A DNA stretch of 49,969 nucleotides, from assembly GCA_032718475.1 (NCBI GenBank), contig JAUCBJ010000086.1, forward strand, positions 1-49,969, given 5' to 3'. Both the position numbers and the translations under genes were made by a program. Within the stretch, counting starts at the first letter, position 1. The number at the start of each line of letters is the position of its first letter. This document shows positions 33,140 through 44,555 of this stretch, in pieces. This stretch comes from Nemertoderma westbladi. Its lineage: Eukaryota > Animalia > Xenacoelomorpha. The notes beneath the pieces were generated by a model. That model had not been told where the DNA came from and ran no database searches. It saw nothing but the letters and a program-made list of their open reading frames with translations.

Positions 33140-33850
33140 TCACAATAATAACTATTTACATACTTGTGTGTAAAGTAGCACTTTACAGTGTGATGATCCG
33201 AGTGGATTTGTTACACGAACCAATGTTGAATGTTAGTGAGTGAAAATAAAGCCACGAGGATCAGAACACTGTAAAGTACTTTGCAACAAGTATGTATGTA
33301 GTTTTATTCCATAATTTTAACATTACGAAATGATTGTACATATACATTATAGGCTAAGTGATAGAAACTGCACAAATTATAATACCGGTAGTTGCTGTAT
33401 AAATAAATGTAAAAATGACATAAATTATGTTATAAATAAGTTGGCTTATATTTATGGTGGCGTTTGGAGCCATGTTATAATAATATAGCTAGGCCCTACT
33501 GGTTATTAATAGCTATACCCTCCTACCGGTAGGAAATGCAGTAGTCCTAGCTTGCTGTCAGCCAAATTTCCACCTATTGTTTACGTGGAATCCAATGACG
33601 ACTGCGTTAAGTAATGTCCCCGTAGTGGACCTGGACATTACTTTACGCCGTCATGGGTTACCACGTAAACAATAACACCAAATACAATACTAAATGTACA
33701 GGCCAATACAATGCTGTAATGTCCTCTAAAGTTGTAAAGTGCTAATTACTGCTAAATAACAACTCGCTGTTAATACTAAAGGCGTTGAGTAGCCTAATGC
33801 AGTAATGTTACAATTTTGGAATAAAATATATTACATTACACAATAATTAT
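33140..33850. repeat. Multi-hairpin foldback element upstream of AP3D1
   Basis: Hairpin at about 33158-33296 (ACATACTTG..CTTTACAGTGT / ACACTGTAAAG..CAAGTATGT), central hairpin 33576-33673 (TATTGTTTACGTGG..AGTAATGTCC / GGACATTACT..CCACGTAAACAATA), and inverted TTTTATTCCA/TGGAATAAAA at 33302/33817. Confidence 0.6.
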
Positions 33851-34240
33851 TAAGTAACGGTACCGGTACGTAATTTAAACAGCAAATATGCATGTTGTAA
33901 AGGTATATTCTAACAAATAATTCACAATAATTACCGGTACCGGTATATATTCAGATATTATACATTAGAACAACAACAAGTAATTCAAGTAAAGGGTTTG
34001 TATTGTTTGTTGTTGGCTGAAATCGTTAAGTCTGTAAGTGACCAAATGGAATCAAAATAAAGATATTACGTTATGATATGAGCAGATGAGTATATTTCAG
34101 TACCGTATTTTATTTCGGGCAACGGCCCTTTATCAACTTATACAATATGAATAATATAGATCTGCACAAAGCACTGGCAGACTGGGCAGCTGGGGCAGCC
34201 GGATGCCGGAAGACTGAATGTCAATGAAGTAGACCAGGAA

Positions 34241-34732
34241 GTGGACAAACGTCAGAAACGTGCACGCAATGTTACTATCACGGGTTTACAAATCGAGGAC
34301 GGGAAAACGGCCATCGAATGCCTATCAAGTCTTCTCGAGAATGACTTCGATGTTCCAGCTTCCCAATCATCAGTTAGCATCGTCTCACAGTTACCTGCAC
34401 GAGACAACAAGCCTGCACGGATAACAGTCCAGTTATCAAGTGTGGAACTAGCCTCTAATATTCTCCAGACTAAAAAGAAACTTAAAAACTCCCATAACTA
34501 CCGCAACGTTTACATCAATCGCGATCTAACGAGATTCCAGGCGAGGGAGCAGTTCCTTAGGCGCGAATCACGCCGTAACGCATGCTCGCGGCCAGGGCGT
34601 TTGGTCAGTAATGACAACCACGTAGGTACGATGGGTGCGAGTGCGACGATTCCCCAACCAATTGCAAGCTCAGTTCCGGGAGCGGCACCAGCGGCTACTG
34701 GTATGCAGGAGTCTCAGGAGCTTTTAAACTAA
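34241..34732 (+). CDS. LINE ORF1 C-terminal part
   Basis: KRARNVTITGL...PARITVQL...ILQTKKKLK....VYINRDLTR.Q..E, typical of CR1/L2 ORF1; ends ...ELLN*. Confidence 0.8.
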   Translation: MDKRQKRARNVTITGLQIEDGKTAIECLSSLLENDFDVPASQSSVSIVSQLPARDNKPARITVQLSSVELASNILQTKKKLKNSHNYRNVYINRDLTRFQAREQFLRRESRRNACSRPGRLVSNDNHVGTMGASATIPQPIASSVPGAAPAATGMQESQELLN

Positions 34733-37557
34733 ATGCGGGAGAAGCTACCCATGCTACGAATGGAATATGTCATTGCTGCTGTTTCAACGCGCAATCAATT
34801 ATGAATAAACTCTGTGATATAACCGAACTCCTTTCAAATACGAATTGTAATATCGTTGCTGTTACTGAAACATGGCTCCATGAAGCAGTTCCCGATGCAT
34901 TACTCACTCATGGAACGCGTTTTCGTGTATTTCGGAAGGATCGACTTGATAGAGGTGGAGGGGTTGCTATATTTGTCTCATCCGACATTAAATGTGTGCA
35001 AACACCTATACCGAACAAATTTAATGAACTCGAGGTAATCTCAATCGATATTATTGGTGATATTCCATCTCGTTTTATATGTGCCTACAGACCCGATTAT
35101 ATAAACGATCAGCATCACAAAAACAATCTGCTGTGCGAGTGTCTCGCAGAACTAACCGACACAACCATTCCGTGCGCGATTACCGGCGACTTCAACCTCA
35201 GAGAGTTTAATTGGGTCGATTTCACTCACCCTAGCAATGCATTATACCAATCCTTCGCTGATCTCGTCTTGGAAGCAAGTTTATCTCAACTGCAACTTAA
35301 ACCTACACGTAAGGATTCAGTCCTCGACCTAGTTTTCAGTACTGATGACAACCATGTTTCTGGTGTTGACACAAACATACCTTTTGGTTCAAGTGACCAT
35401 GATACCGTGGAATTCCTTATCACCTCTCCGACCCAAGCTATCATACCAGATCATACTGATGGCTACTACGATTTCAAAAATGGTGACTATAATCAGTTTG
35501 GATTATTTCTTCGAACTGTTAACTGGAAGGATCTATTTACATCATGTAGCTCAGTAACAGAGCTTTGGGAAATATTCAGTACAACATTGAAGAAAGGTAT
35601 TGATCTTTGTATCCCATTTAAGAAATTCGCGAACTCAGGAAAGAAAAAATATTATCCAGCTTATGTACATCAGCTGCAGCGCACAAAGAAATTGCTCTGG
35701 AGAAGAAGAAATTCGCCTGGTGGAAAAGAAGCGTATAAACATGCCGCAGATGAAGTCTCTAAGGCGGTGTTCCGCGCTGCTTGTGTCCGGGAAACGAAAA
35801 TACTTACGTCGGGCGACCGTAGCTCCATGTTCAAATTTGTTAATTCGAAACGAAAAACAAACTCAGGAATCGGACCTCTGAAATATAATGGAGATATTAT
35901 ACTTGATGACGCTGTAAAGGCTAGTATATTTGCTGATGTTCTTTCTGAGAACTTTACATCTGATAACAATACAATACACCCATTGCCGCGAAAAGTTCCT
36001 ATAAATGTGAAACTCGATAAAGTCCCATTCGATCCGGTAACTGTGCTGAAAATGCTCAAAAAACTGAAACCAAAATCTAGTCGCACCCCGGACGGATTCC
36101 CGTGCTTATTATTCTCTAACCTAGCATGTAACCTAGCCGCTCCGCTCTCGGCCATATTTAAAGCGTCATTTGAATATCACTCTCTTCCACCAGTCTGGTT
36201 GACTGCCGTCGTTATTCCTTCCTTTAAGAAGGGTGATCCTCTAGATGCGTACAACTACAGACCAATTTCCCTGACGTGCATTGCCTGCAAAGTCATGGAG
36301 ATGTGCATCAAGGATGAGATATGTCGCTATTTGCTTTTGCACAAATTAATATCAAGGTCCCAACACGGCTTCTTAGAGAAACGTTCCACATGTACCCAAC
36401 TACTCGAATGCACAGCTGATTGGCTTAAACTAATTGATGACAAGAATAATCTAGACATAATATACATTGACTACGCAAAGGCGTTTGACTCTGTAGTCCA
36501 TTCGAAACTGATTTCTAAACTTACAAGTTATGGAATCGGAGGTAATCTACTGGCTTGGATCGCAGCGTTCTTGTCAGGCCGAACACAGAGATTCGTGGTT
36601 GGTGCCTGTTTCTCGAAGGTATGTGACGTCATTTCCGGTACACCTCAAGGAAGTGTGTTGGGGCCAGTTCTGTTCTTAATATTTATTAATGACCTGCCAC
36701 AACTAGTTGATATTATTACATGCAAACTGTTTGCAGATGACGTCAAACTGTATGCGCCGTCAAAGGAGAGTCATTTATTACAGTGTTCGCTGTCAAAGTT
36801 GGGTGACTGGGCAGCCGACTGGCAACTCTCGGTCGCTGCTCACAAATGCTCCGTGGTATATGTTGGTAAGAATAACCAGAAAGCGTCATACAAGTTGTGC
36901 GAGAAATCGCTCAAAGAGGATAAGGAATGCAAGGATTTGGGTCTGATGATATGTTCCGATCTCAAGTTTGACTCATACTGTAAACAACAGGCACATAAAG
37001 CTTGTAAAATTATTAACATGATTTTTCGATGTTTTAATTCTGCCCATTTGGTGTCGATTTTGGTTGCATACAAATCGTTTGTCAGACCAATCGTTGAATA
37101 CTGCACCCCTGTTTGGTCACCATACCAACAAGGTTCTATAAACAAACTTGAAAAAGTGCAAAGGTATTTCACACGTCGTTTATTTTCCAGATGCAAAATT
37201 GATAGTAATTATTCTTATATGCAACGATTAGGTTTCCTTAAATTAGAATCCCTGCAGGAGCGCCGCATCGCCAATGACCTAAAAATGACGTTTGGTATCG
37301 TTAATAACTATGTGAATGTTGATTTTGACCAGTTTTTCTGTTACGCACGGCAAGGTGGATTACGCGGCCATAAATTTAAACTTTTCCAAAGACGTTCTCG
37401 GCTAAAAATATTCAATGAATTTTTTTCAAACCGTGTTGTTTCAATTTGGAACAGTTTACCGTCATCTTTAGTGGAGGCTAAATCAAAAAGCGAATTTTCT
37501 CGTAAATTAAAAAATGTAGATTTGGTGAGGTATTGTACGTTTGACGGTGCACCATAG
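34729..37557 (+). CDS. LINE ORF2: apurinic endonuclease + reverse transcriptase
   Basis: FNAQS (upstream of the first ATG at 34801), VTETWL, RGGGV, GDFN, SDH; YRPISLT, QHGF, KAFDSV, GTPQGSVLGP, FADD, KDLG; C-terminal LRGHKFKL..FFSNRVVSIWNSLP. No stops. Confidence 0.95.
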   Translation, partial: LNAGEATHATNGICHCCCFNAQSIMNKLCDITELLSNTNCNIVAVTETWLHEAVPDALLTHGTRFRVFRKDRLDRGGGVAIFVSSDIKCVQTPIPNKFNELEVISIDIIGDIPSRFICAYRPDYINDQHHKNNLLCECLAELTDTTIPCAITGDFNLREFNWVDFTHPSNALYQSFADLVLEASLSQLQLKPTRKDSVLDLVFSTDDNHVSGVDTNIPFGSSDHDTVEFLITSPTQAIIPDHTDGYYDFKNGDYNQFGLFLRTVNWKDLFTSCSSVTELWEIFSTTLKKGIDLCIPFKKFANSGKKKYYPAYVHQLQRTKKLLWRRRNSPGGKEAYKHAADEVSKAVFRAACVRETKILTSGDRSSMFKFVNSKRKTNSGIGPLKYNGDIILDDAVKASIFADVLSENFTSDNNTIHPLPRKVPINVKLDKVPFDPVTVLKMLKKLKPKSSRTPDGFPCLLFSNLACNLAAPLSAIFKASFEYHSLPPVWLTAVVIPSFKKGDPLDAYNYRPISLTCIACKVMEMCIKDEICRYLLLHKLISRSQHGFLEKRSTCTQLLECTADWLKLIDDKNNLDIIYIDYAKAFDSVVHSKLISKLTSYGIGGNLLAWIAAFLSGRTQRFVVGACFSKVCDVISGTPQGSVLGPVLFLIFINDLPQLVDIITCKLFADDVKLYAPSKESHLLQCSLSKLGDWAADWQLSVAAHKCSVVYVGKNNQKASYKLCEKSLKEDKECKDLGLMICSDLKFDSYCKQQAHKACKIINMIFRCFNSAHLVSILVAYKSFVRPIVEYCTPVWSPYQQGSINKLEKVQRYFTRRLFSRCKIDSNYSYMQRLGFLKLESLQERRIANDLKMTFGIVNNYVNVDFDQFFCYARQGGLRGHKFKLFQRRSRLKIFNEFFSNRVVSIWNSLPSSLVEAKSKSEFSRKLKNVDLVRYCTFDGAP

Positions 37558-39099
37558 TTTAATTATATTCTTATATAATTTTAAATTTAATTGAATGTTT
37601 AGATCGACTGAACTTCTGGTTATTTGTTTTATTTCAGTTGTTGTTACATATACTTCTTAGCTTACTGTACTTGAAATTATCTAATCATACTGTATTTCAA
37701 ATTGTTTATATTTTTGAATTGAATTCTGTGAATTTATTTTACTATGTATCTAAACTGTTATCCTAAGTGCATCTTATTGCCTGGTAACTTCTCCCTTTAT
37801 TTTAATTTAATGTTTTTTTAATTATTATGTTAAATATAAATAATGATAATGAAATGAAATGAAAAAATGAAAAATTTCAATACAGCAATAGGCCCTACCT
37901 ATATCAGTATATCAGTATACAGGTATATTACTGTATTATATATACAGATATAGGCATACTGTCTGACTGTATAGACCTATACAGTTTATATGTAGATGTA
38001 GGTTTGGTAGCGTAGGCCCTACGCCTACATCGTTTTCTTCCATTGTCAGTAACCGTAGTACAGTAGTACTGTAGCTGTGTAGTACCGCTATTAATTGGCT
38101 CCTCCTCGTTGCTTTCGGCAGTTCGGGGATGCCCCCCCCCCCCCCCCCCCCCTCCCCTCCTGTTTGCCGTATTCTGGCAGTCTGGTATTCGCTCCTCCTC
38201 GTGCAGTTCTGGGTTCCGGCTTCCGGGCACCGTACCGGCCCTGTTCCCCGACCCAGAACCCCGCGTTCGCCGTATGCCGTAATCAGCATTGTTATTTTAA
38301 AGACCTACCCACCAACTCATGTCTTCATGTAGGCTAGCTAGGAAGGAATACACCGACCTATAGCTGTATAGGCCTATACTAGGCCTATATCCGACGCTAC
38401 GTACTGACGTATCACGTATGCAGACATGTACAGATGTAGCCAGCCTCTTCCTCTATGTACCAGACTGCCAGACCAGTATTATCAGATTATACCTCTAGCC
38501 TAGGCAAAATTCTGAAAGTTATAGGCCTACCCGTCATGCAGTCCTGTCAGCCTGTAGCTGAGCTGCCTTTGTCCTGCCTTCCTGATTGTCACCTCTGAGG
38601 TGAGACAATGTAGCCTACCGGTACTGTGAAGAACTGTCAGATTGTCTGACTGTAAATAAAATAAGGGTAATTGAAATTTAAAAGGATGGTAGGATCTTTT
38701 ATTTATCATACTTACTTAATTACAGTAGGCCTACCTAATTAAGCCATAGCATAAGTCGCCCAGCTGTAATAATGTGCATTTTACTGTTTTTAACCTGTAA
38801 ATTTACTTGTTTATTTCACTTATCGCTGCTATGACTGTGATGTCTCCGGACACCGAATAATAAAAATACACAGTCACACAGCCAGCACAGTCCGCACAGT
38901 CAGACAGGTTCAGTCAGGTTTAGGCCTACCCTTCAGGATCGGACTTTTAAAAACGAGTTAATCTCCCGGCTTTTAGTAAAGTTATAGGCCTACCGGTAGC
39001 GTGGTAGGCCTATGCCGGTTCTGCTACTGCTATACAGTAACAGAACATTCTGAACGTTGAATTTTTTTATTACCGGTTAATGTATGAATTGTGAATGGT

Positions 39100-39636
39100 A
39101 TGATGTATCTTGTTGCGACAATCCGGATCACCATATTTCTTGTGATTGCAAGTTCAAGTAGTTATGCAAACACATCATTTACCGGAATATTCAAACAGGT
39201 TGTCGACTTATTTAGCAACGTTATAGAACGAATTACTGACCTGGATGATGTTATCGATTGTACTTACTGCCGTGATGGCCAATTAATTGCCAGGAAAGAC
39301 CACCTTCCAACAGCCAATGGTTGCGGCGCTTACGGCATAGAAAAATATATATCCGACATTCCAATCCTAAAGGAATGTTGCGACGCTCACGATCTTTGTT
39401 ACGATAACTGCGGCGCACCAAAACGGGGTTGTGATCGCACCTTCTTCGAGTGTTTAACTCGCGTTTGCGATATGTTAAGCCGGTCTACCCAGTGGGAAGA
39501 GGATATTCACTCAAACTGTATCAAAGTAGCTGGTGTTATCAGACGTGCTACATCAGTACTCGCATGCGAAACGTATATAAATAGTCAGAAACGGGCTTGT
39601 CGTTGTATTAATTCAACCGGCAGCGCGGATCTGTAA
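39100..39636 (+). CDS. PLA2G12: Group XII secretory phospholipase A2-like, single coding exon
   Basis: Signal peptide, C..C.DG, P..NGCG, CCDAHDLCYDNCG..K..CD..F..CL, C..Y..SQKRAC.C. The catalytic His-Asp is retained. AATAAA at about 39725. Confidence 0.88.
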   Translation: MMYLVATIRITIFLVIASSSSYANTSFTGIFKQVVDLFSNVIERITDLDDVIDCTYCRDGQLIARKDHLPTANGCGAYGIEKYISDIPILKECCDAHDLCYDNCGAPKRGCDRTFFECLTRVCDMLSRSTQWEEDIHSNCIKVAGVIRRATSVLACETYINSQKRACRCINSTGSADL

Positions 39637-40613
39637 TAACTTAGGACGGTCACTATTAATATCGGCTCAACTTGTAGAATTTCAGAGTGTGCAGAGAGTT
39701 GTAGAATTTATTTTCATTTTCATAAATAAAACTATTTCATTAGAAGTGCCTCACACAAATATATTGAATTTACGAACATTGCAGCATTGGTGGTTGTTTT
39801 ACAATCCGATTTTGCGAATAACTACCGATAGAGGTAGTTGATTTAAGGTGTCTATCTATGGTGTTGTCAATTTACCATCAATAGTGGTGTACGTATACAG
39901 TTAAAGTGTATGGTAGTTATACTTTCCCTTCCGGTAGGCTGCTAGACAAGGTTGGGTTCGTGTTGCTGTATAAAGAATCAAAGCCTCTGCATATTGTTTA
40001 TCGACACTTCACAGTGAAAAATAGCATGTATTCAGTAATATTATATCAGTTTATAAATATTATTTTAATTATGACGTATCGTCTTTCAATGTGTTCTTTC
40101 TTTTTCCCGGTCAAGAAATTATCCTGCCATCTACTCGTACCCCTTAGCAGAGTAAACTGCTCTTTGGGGCCGTTTCCCAGGTTGCGGATCGGGATAACAT
40201 TTCACACATTGCACGATTTGTGATTGTGATTTGTCTGCTTATACGAGTGTGTATTACATTAGGCGGGAGTCAGTTTGTTTGGTTGATACAGGTCATTATT
40301 GGTTTGCATCATCCAATCCCATCTGTTTTTATGGAGTCTGTGTGATACATGCTCGTTACGGCGGCGGCGACGGAATCCATATACTGAGAGGTCAGCCTCG
40401 GGGCCGCTCAGTATACGTGCAGGTTGGGGGTGCCGACGGTACGCAAGTACACACCACCTTCCTTTAACTTATTTGACGTGGTTGGTTCGCGATAATTATT
40501 ATGTTATAAACAATTCCATAAGAACGGATGACAAGGTGCCTTGTATCGAATGGTAGGAGTAGGGTGTGTTTTTGTTAAACGCTAAGAAATTGCAGAGAAA
40601 TATGTCTTAAGGA

Positions 40614-40860
40614 GACAGGGGGGGGGGGGGGGGGGGAACTGGACGCAAAACTCGCCTTAGCGAATTAATATCCCGCCTCAATGTTAAATTCTCAATTTAG
40701 GGAAAGGAGCAGGTTACAGTGGAACGATATTTTAACCAAAACAATAAACTAAACACAATAGAACTGGTTTCAGTTTTATTTTTGCTCTTAAACAGCTGTT
40801 ATTTGCGTCCAATTTCCCTGGAGAGGGGTGAATTTTATTGCGTCCAGTTTCCCCCCTATC
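40614..40860. mobile_element. MITE
   Basis: TIRs GGGGGAACTGGACGCAA / TTGCGTCCAGTTTCCCCCC. The internal AGGGAAAG.AGCAGGTT..AACCAAAACAATAAACTA recurs at about 46104-46158. Confidence 0.65.
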
Positions 40861-41299
40861 TGGTTTTAAGATAGTGGGGGAAGCAAATTTAAATAATAGC
40901 CACTCGTTCTTTAGTTCTAATAATAATATAGCTTAGCTTATATGATAATAATAATAATACTGTTGTTAGTTTAAGTTTATATGTGTATGTCATGTGGCTC
41001 GCAACTTTGAATTACTTGCTTCTTTTTGTTCACTCACAAGCTTTTCTTGTACAATGTACAATGTTATGGACTGGTCTATGCCCGGCATTACAGCAAGGTG
41101 TAGTTCTTAGCAGAAGTCAGTAGAATTTACTATGAGAATTCAAAGTGCCGGTTAACCGGTTCATCAAATCTTAAACAGAATATTCCATAATGATTTACTC
41201 CCTAAAACAACAACAACGATAACTTCTACATTCCTTTTCGTTCGGAAATTTCTTCACATTTTAACAAAAGTAACAATCGCGTTTATGTGAGAAGTGGCT

Positions 41300-41482
41300 A
41301 CTGACCGGACCCTCTAAATACCGCATTGAACTCTATATTTGATTTATATTTTACTTGTGTATTGACCGGACCTTATTACCACAACTTTGTGACCGGACCC
41401 ATTGACCTGACCCTCTAAATACCATGTATTGAATCTTTATATTTGATTTATATTTTACTTGTGTATTATTGACCGGACCAGT
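41300..41482. repeat. Local tandem duplication (TGACCGGACC...TATTTGATTT.ATATTTTACTTGTGTATT)
   Basis: Two related copies about 100 bp apart. Confidence 0.6.
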
Positions 41483-41687
41483 ATTACAACAATAAGTAAC
41501 CTGCATAATCTTGTAACATGTGTTAACTTTCGTTTATTGTTTTGGTTCCCCAACAGCCAACACGCCTCTGTAACCTTCTCCTTTACTAACTATGTTTGTT
41601 TAACGGTTTTCCGTTTTAATTTCAGCTTGAGGAATAGACATTAAGTCAATGAAGAATTAATTAATATTCTTATCATTTTATACCCAG

Positions 41688-41812
41688 GTAGCAGATCTCG
41701 GTAATCCTAAAACTAAGAAAGGTAAAGATGCGCCACAATTTTATGAGGTTTGTGAGACGGTAAAGCGAGTGTTGGATGCGAACCAGGAAATACACCCTAA
41801 CCTATTGGCGAG
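41688..41812 (+). CDS. SPAG17: SPAG17-like exon 3
   Basis: CCCAG|VADLGNPKTKKGKDAPQFYEVCETVKRVLDANQEIHPNLLA(R)|GTCAGT; resembles SPAG17 AP.YYEV...AK...D. Confidence 0.85.
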
Positions 41813-41948
41813 GTCAGTAACTATTGGTTTCTGGAGTCATACAGTAGTTGAGTCTTCCACATAAAATCGCATTTTTTATACAAATTCGGTTGGAAACCAG
41901 AAAATCATCCGGCTACCTAATTTTAACAGCATTGTTATTTGTTTACAG

Positions 41949-42066
41949 ATTATTAAAATTTAAATTACTGGCTATAAAACAGGCGGATCTAAAGAGGAGA
42001 GAAGATGAAAAAAAGGCTGCAATTGCTAAGCTGAGTAAAACATCAGTTACATCAAAAGGCGGTAAG
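41949..42066 (+). CDS. SPAG17: SPAG17-like exon 4
   Basis: TTTACAG|(R)LLKFKLLAIKQADLKRREDEKK...KGGK|GTTAGT; resembles SPAG17 KLLKFQLLQIK..D..RRE.EKK. Confidence 0.85.
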
Positions 42067-44016
42067 GTTAGTACCTAAAACATCAGTTACATCAAAAGGC
42101 GGTAAGGTTAGTACCTAAAACATCAGTTACATCAAAAGGCGGTAAGGTTAGTACCTAAAACATCAGTTACATTAAAAGGCGGAAAGGTTTGTACCTAAAA
42201 CAGTTACATCAAAAGGCGGTAAGGTTAGTACCTATAACATCATTTACATCAAAAGTCGGTAAGGTTAGTATCTAAAACATCAGTTACATCAAAAGGCGGT
42301 AAGGTTAGTACCTAAAACATCAGTTACATCAAAAGGCGGTAAGGTTAGTATCTAAAACATCAGTTACATCAAAAGGCGCATATAATATAATGAATACCGG
42401 GTAGTTGAGAAAACACCATGTTAAACATTTGGCAGGTAGGCGTCTTTCACAATAACAGTAATAATATAATATTGCAGTACCGGTATTGAATATTGACATT
42501 TAAATACACATAGGTGACATACACATTATCAGGTGTCAAGGATTACACAGTTACAGCAACCGTTATCCGTAGATAGGTCAGTAGGTACAGCAGAACACAG
42601 TTAGGTACAAAGGCCAAATCTGGCAACATACAGACTTTCACAATATATATAATGAGGCCATGAGTCATAGACAGTTATAATAAAAGTCATTACACTTATA
42701 ATAAAAGTCATTACAGTAAGGTTAGTACCTAAAACATCAGTTACATCAAAAGGCGGTAAGGTTAGTACCTAAAACATCATTTACATCAAAAGTCGGTAAG
42801 GTTAGTATCTAAAACATCAGTTACATCAAAAGGCGGTAAGGTTAGTACCTAAAACATCAGTTACATCAAAAGGCGGTAAGGTTTGTACCTAAAACATCAG
42901 TTACATCAAAAGGCGGTAAGGTTAGTACCTAAAACATCAGTTACATCAAAAGGCGGAAAGGTTAGTACCTAAAACATCAGTTACATCAAAAGGCGGTAAG
43001 GTTAGTACCTAAAACATCAGTTACATCAAAAGGCGGTAAGGTTAGTACCTAAAACATCAGTTACATCAAAAGGCGGTAAGGTTAGTACCTAAAACATCAG
43101 TTACATAAAAAGGCGGTAAGGTTTGTACCTAAAACATCAGTTACATAAAAGGCGGTAAGGTTAGTACCTAAAACATCAGTTACATCAAAAGGCGGTAAGG
43201 TTAGTACCTAAAACATCAGTTACATCAAAAGGCGGAAAGGTTAGTACCTAAAACATCAGTTACATCAAAAGGCGGAAAGGTTAGTACCTAAAACATCAGT
43301 TACATCAAAAGGCGGAAAGGTTAGTACCTAAAACATCAGTTACATCAAAAGGCGGTAAGGTTAGTATCTAAAACATCAGTTACATCAAAAGGCGGAAAGG
43401 TTAGTACCTAAAACATCAGTTACATTAAAAGGCGGAAAGGTTTGTACCTAAAACATCAGTTACATCAAAAGGCGGTAAGGTTAGTACCTAAAACATCAGT
43501 TACATCAAAAGGCGGTAAGGTTAGAGTACCTAAAACATCAGTTACATCAAAAGGCGGAAAGGTTAGTACCTAAAACATCAGTTACATCAAAAGGCGGTAA
43601 GGTTAGTACCTAAAACATCAGTTACATCAAAAGGCGGTAAGGTTAGTACCTAAAATATCAGATACATCAAAAGGCGGAAAGGTTAGTACCTAAAACATCA
43701 GTTACATCAAAAGGCGGCAAGGTTAGTACCTAAAACATCAGTTACATCAAAAGGCGGTAAGGTTAGTACCCAAAACATCAGTTACATCAAAAAGCGGTAA
43801 GGTTAGTACCTAAAACATCAGTTACATCAAAAGGCGGAAAGGTTACTACCTAAAACATCAGTTACATCAAAAGGCGGTAAGGTTAGTACCTAAAACATCA
43901 GTTACATCAAAAGGCGGAAAGGTTAGTACCTAAAACATCATTTACATCAAAAGGCGGTAAGGTTAGTACCTAAAACATCATTTACATCAAAAGGCGGTAA
44001 GGTTAGTACCTAAAAC
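42036..44016 (+). repeat. 40-bp minisatellite spanning the exon-4 donor, interrupted by a 337-bp insert (42379-42715)
   Basis: Unit TAAAACATCAGTTACATCAAAAGGCGGTAAG|GTTAGTACC, about 41 copies. Confidence 0.95.
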
Positions 44017-44555
44017 AATGTTATGTACATTAAAAGGTAGGGTTATGTGGAATTGTGTGACAAAACCCAAAATCCGTGACAAACACTGTCACTGTTAAAT
44101 AATTGAATTCTGCAGTTAAAAATGCCACAATCATTGTGAATCACAGTAGATCAAAATAATTCTACCCAGTTTCGGCTCCGCATATCGCCGACAAGTTAGA
44201 TGAGTTAGCCTGGTGACAAACACTCATATCATGGAATTCAGGTTTTGATCCTGTATAGTTTTGGTGGAATTTCTTTCTTATATTTCATGATATTATTTTT
44301 GGACGCAGTATCGCAGTAGAAAACGTTTGCGCGCTTAATTTTATATAATCAAGAACACTAAAGGTGTCGTGTATGCGTATTGGTCCCATAGTCCGCAGTT
44401 TGTAGTGGTCGTAGACAGGATTTTATAAAGAGGCGTTAAAGTAATACCTCTATATTTTTTGATGGTTTATAAATTAAATATACGTACTGTAAGTTTCCAG
44501 TAAGTCTTCTAGGGTATTATTATAATTTATATTAATCTATTTTTCTGCTCTTTAG

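Larger units (their letters stand above)
34160..37875 (+). mobile_element. CR1-clade non-LTR retrotransposon, 5'-truncated in ORF1, intact ORF2
   Basis: ORF1 C-terminus plus APE/RT ORF2, AT-rich 3' UTR and (AATGA)n microsatellite tail at about 37848-37872. Confidence 0.9.

Noticed and set aside
37928-38337. Pro/Gly-rich ORFs
   Set aside because: They arise from a poly-C tract in a CpG-rich, probably regulatory region.
39900-40560. Possible decayed Penelope/GIY-YIG or other coding remnant on the minus strand
   Set aside because: Only faint motif resemblance (EAL..QQHEPNL); no continuous frame could be supported.
42036-44016. CRISPR-like regular array
   Set aside because: Head-to-tail repeats with no unique spacers, no cas genes, and a eukaryotic context.
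44195-44260. tRNA-like A/B-box sequence
   Set aside because: The boxes are degenerate and no cloverleaf forms; at most a SINE relic.
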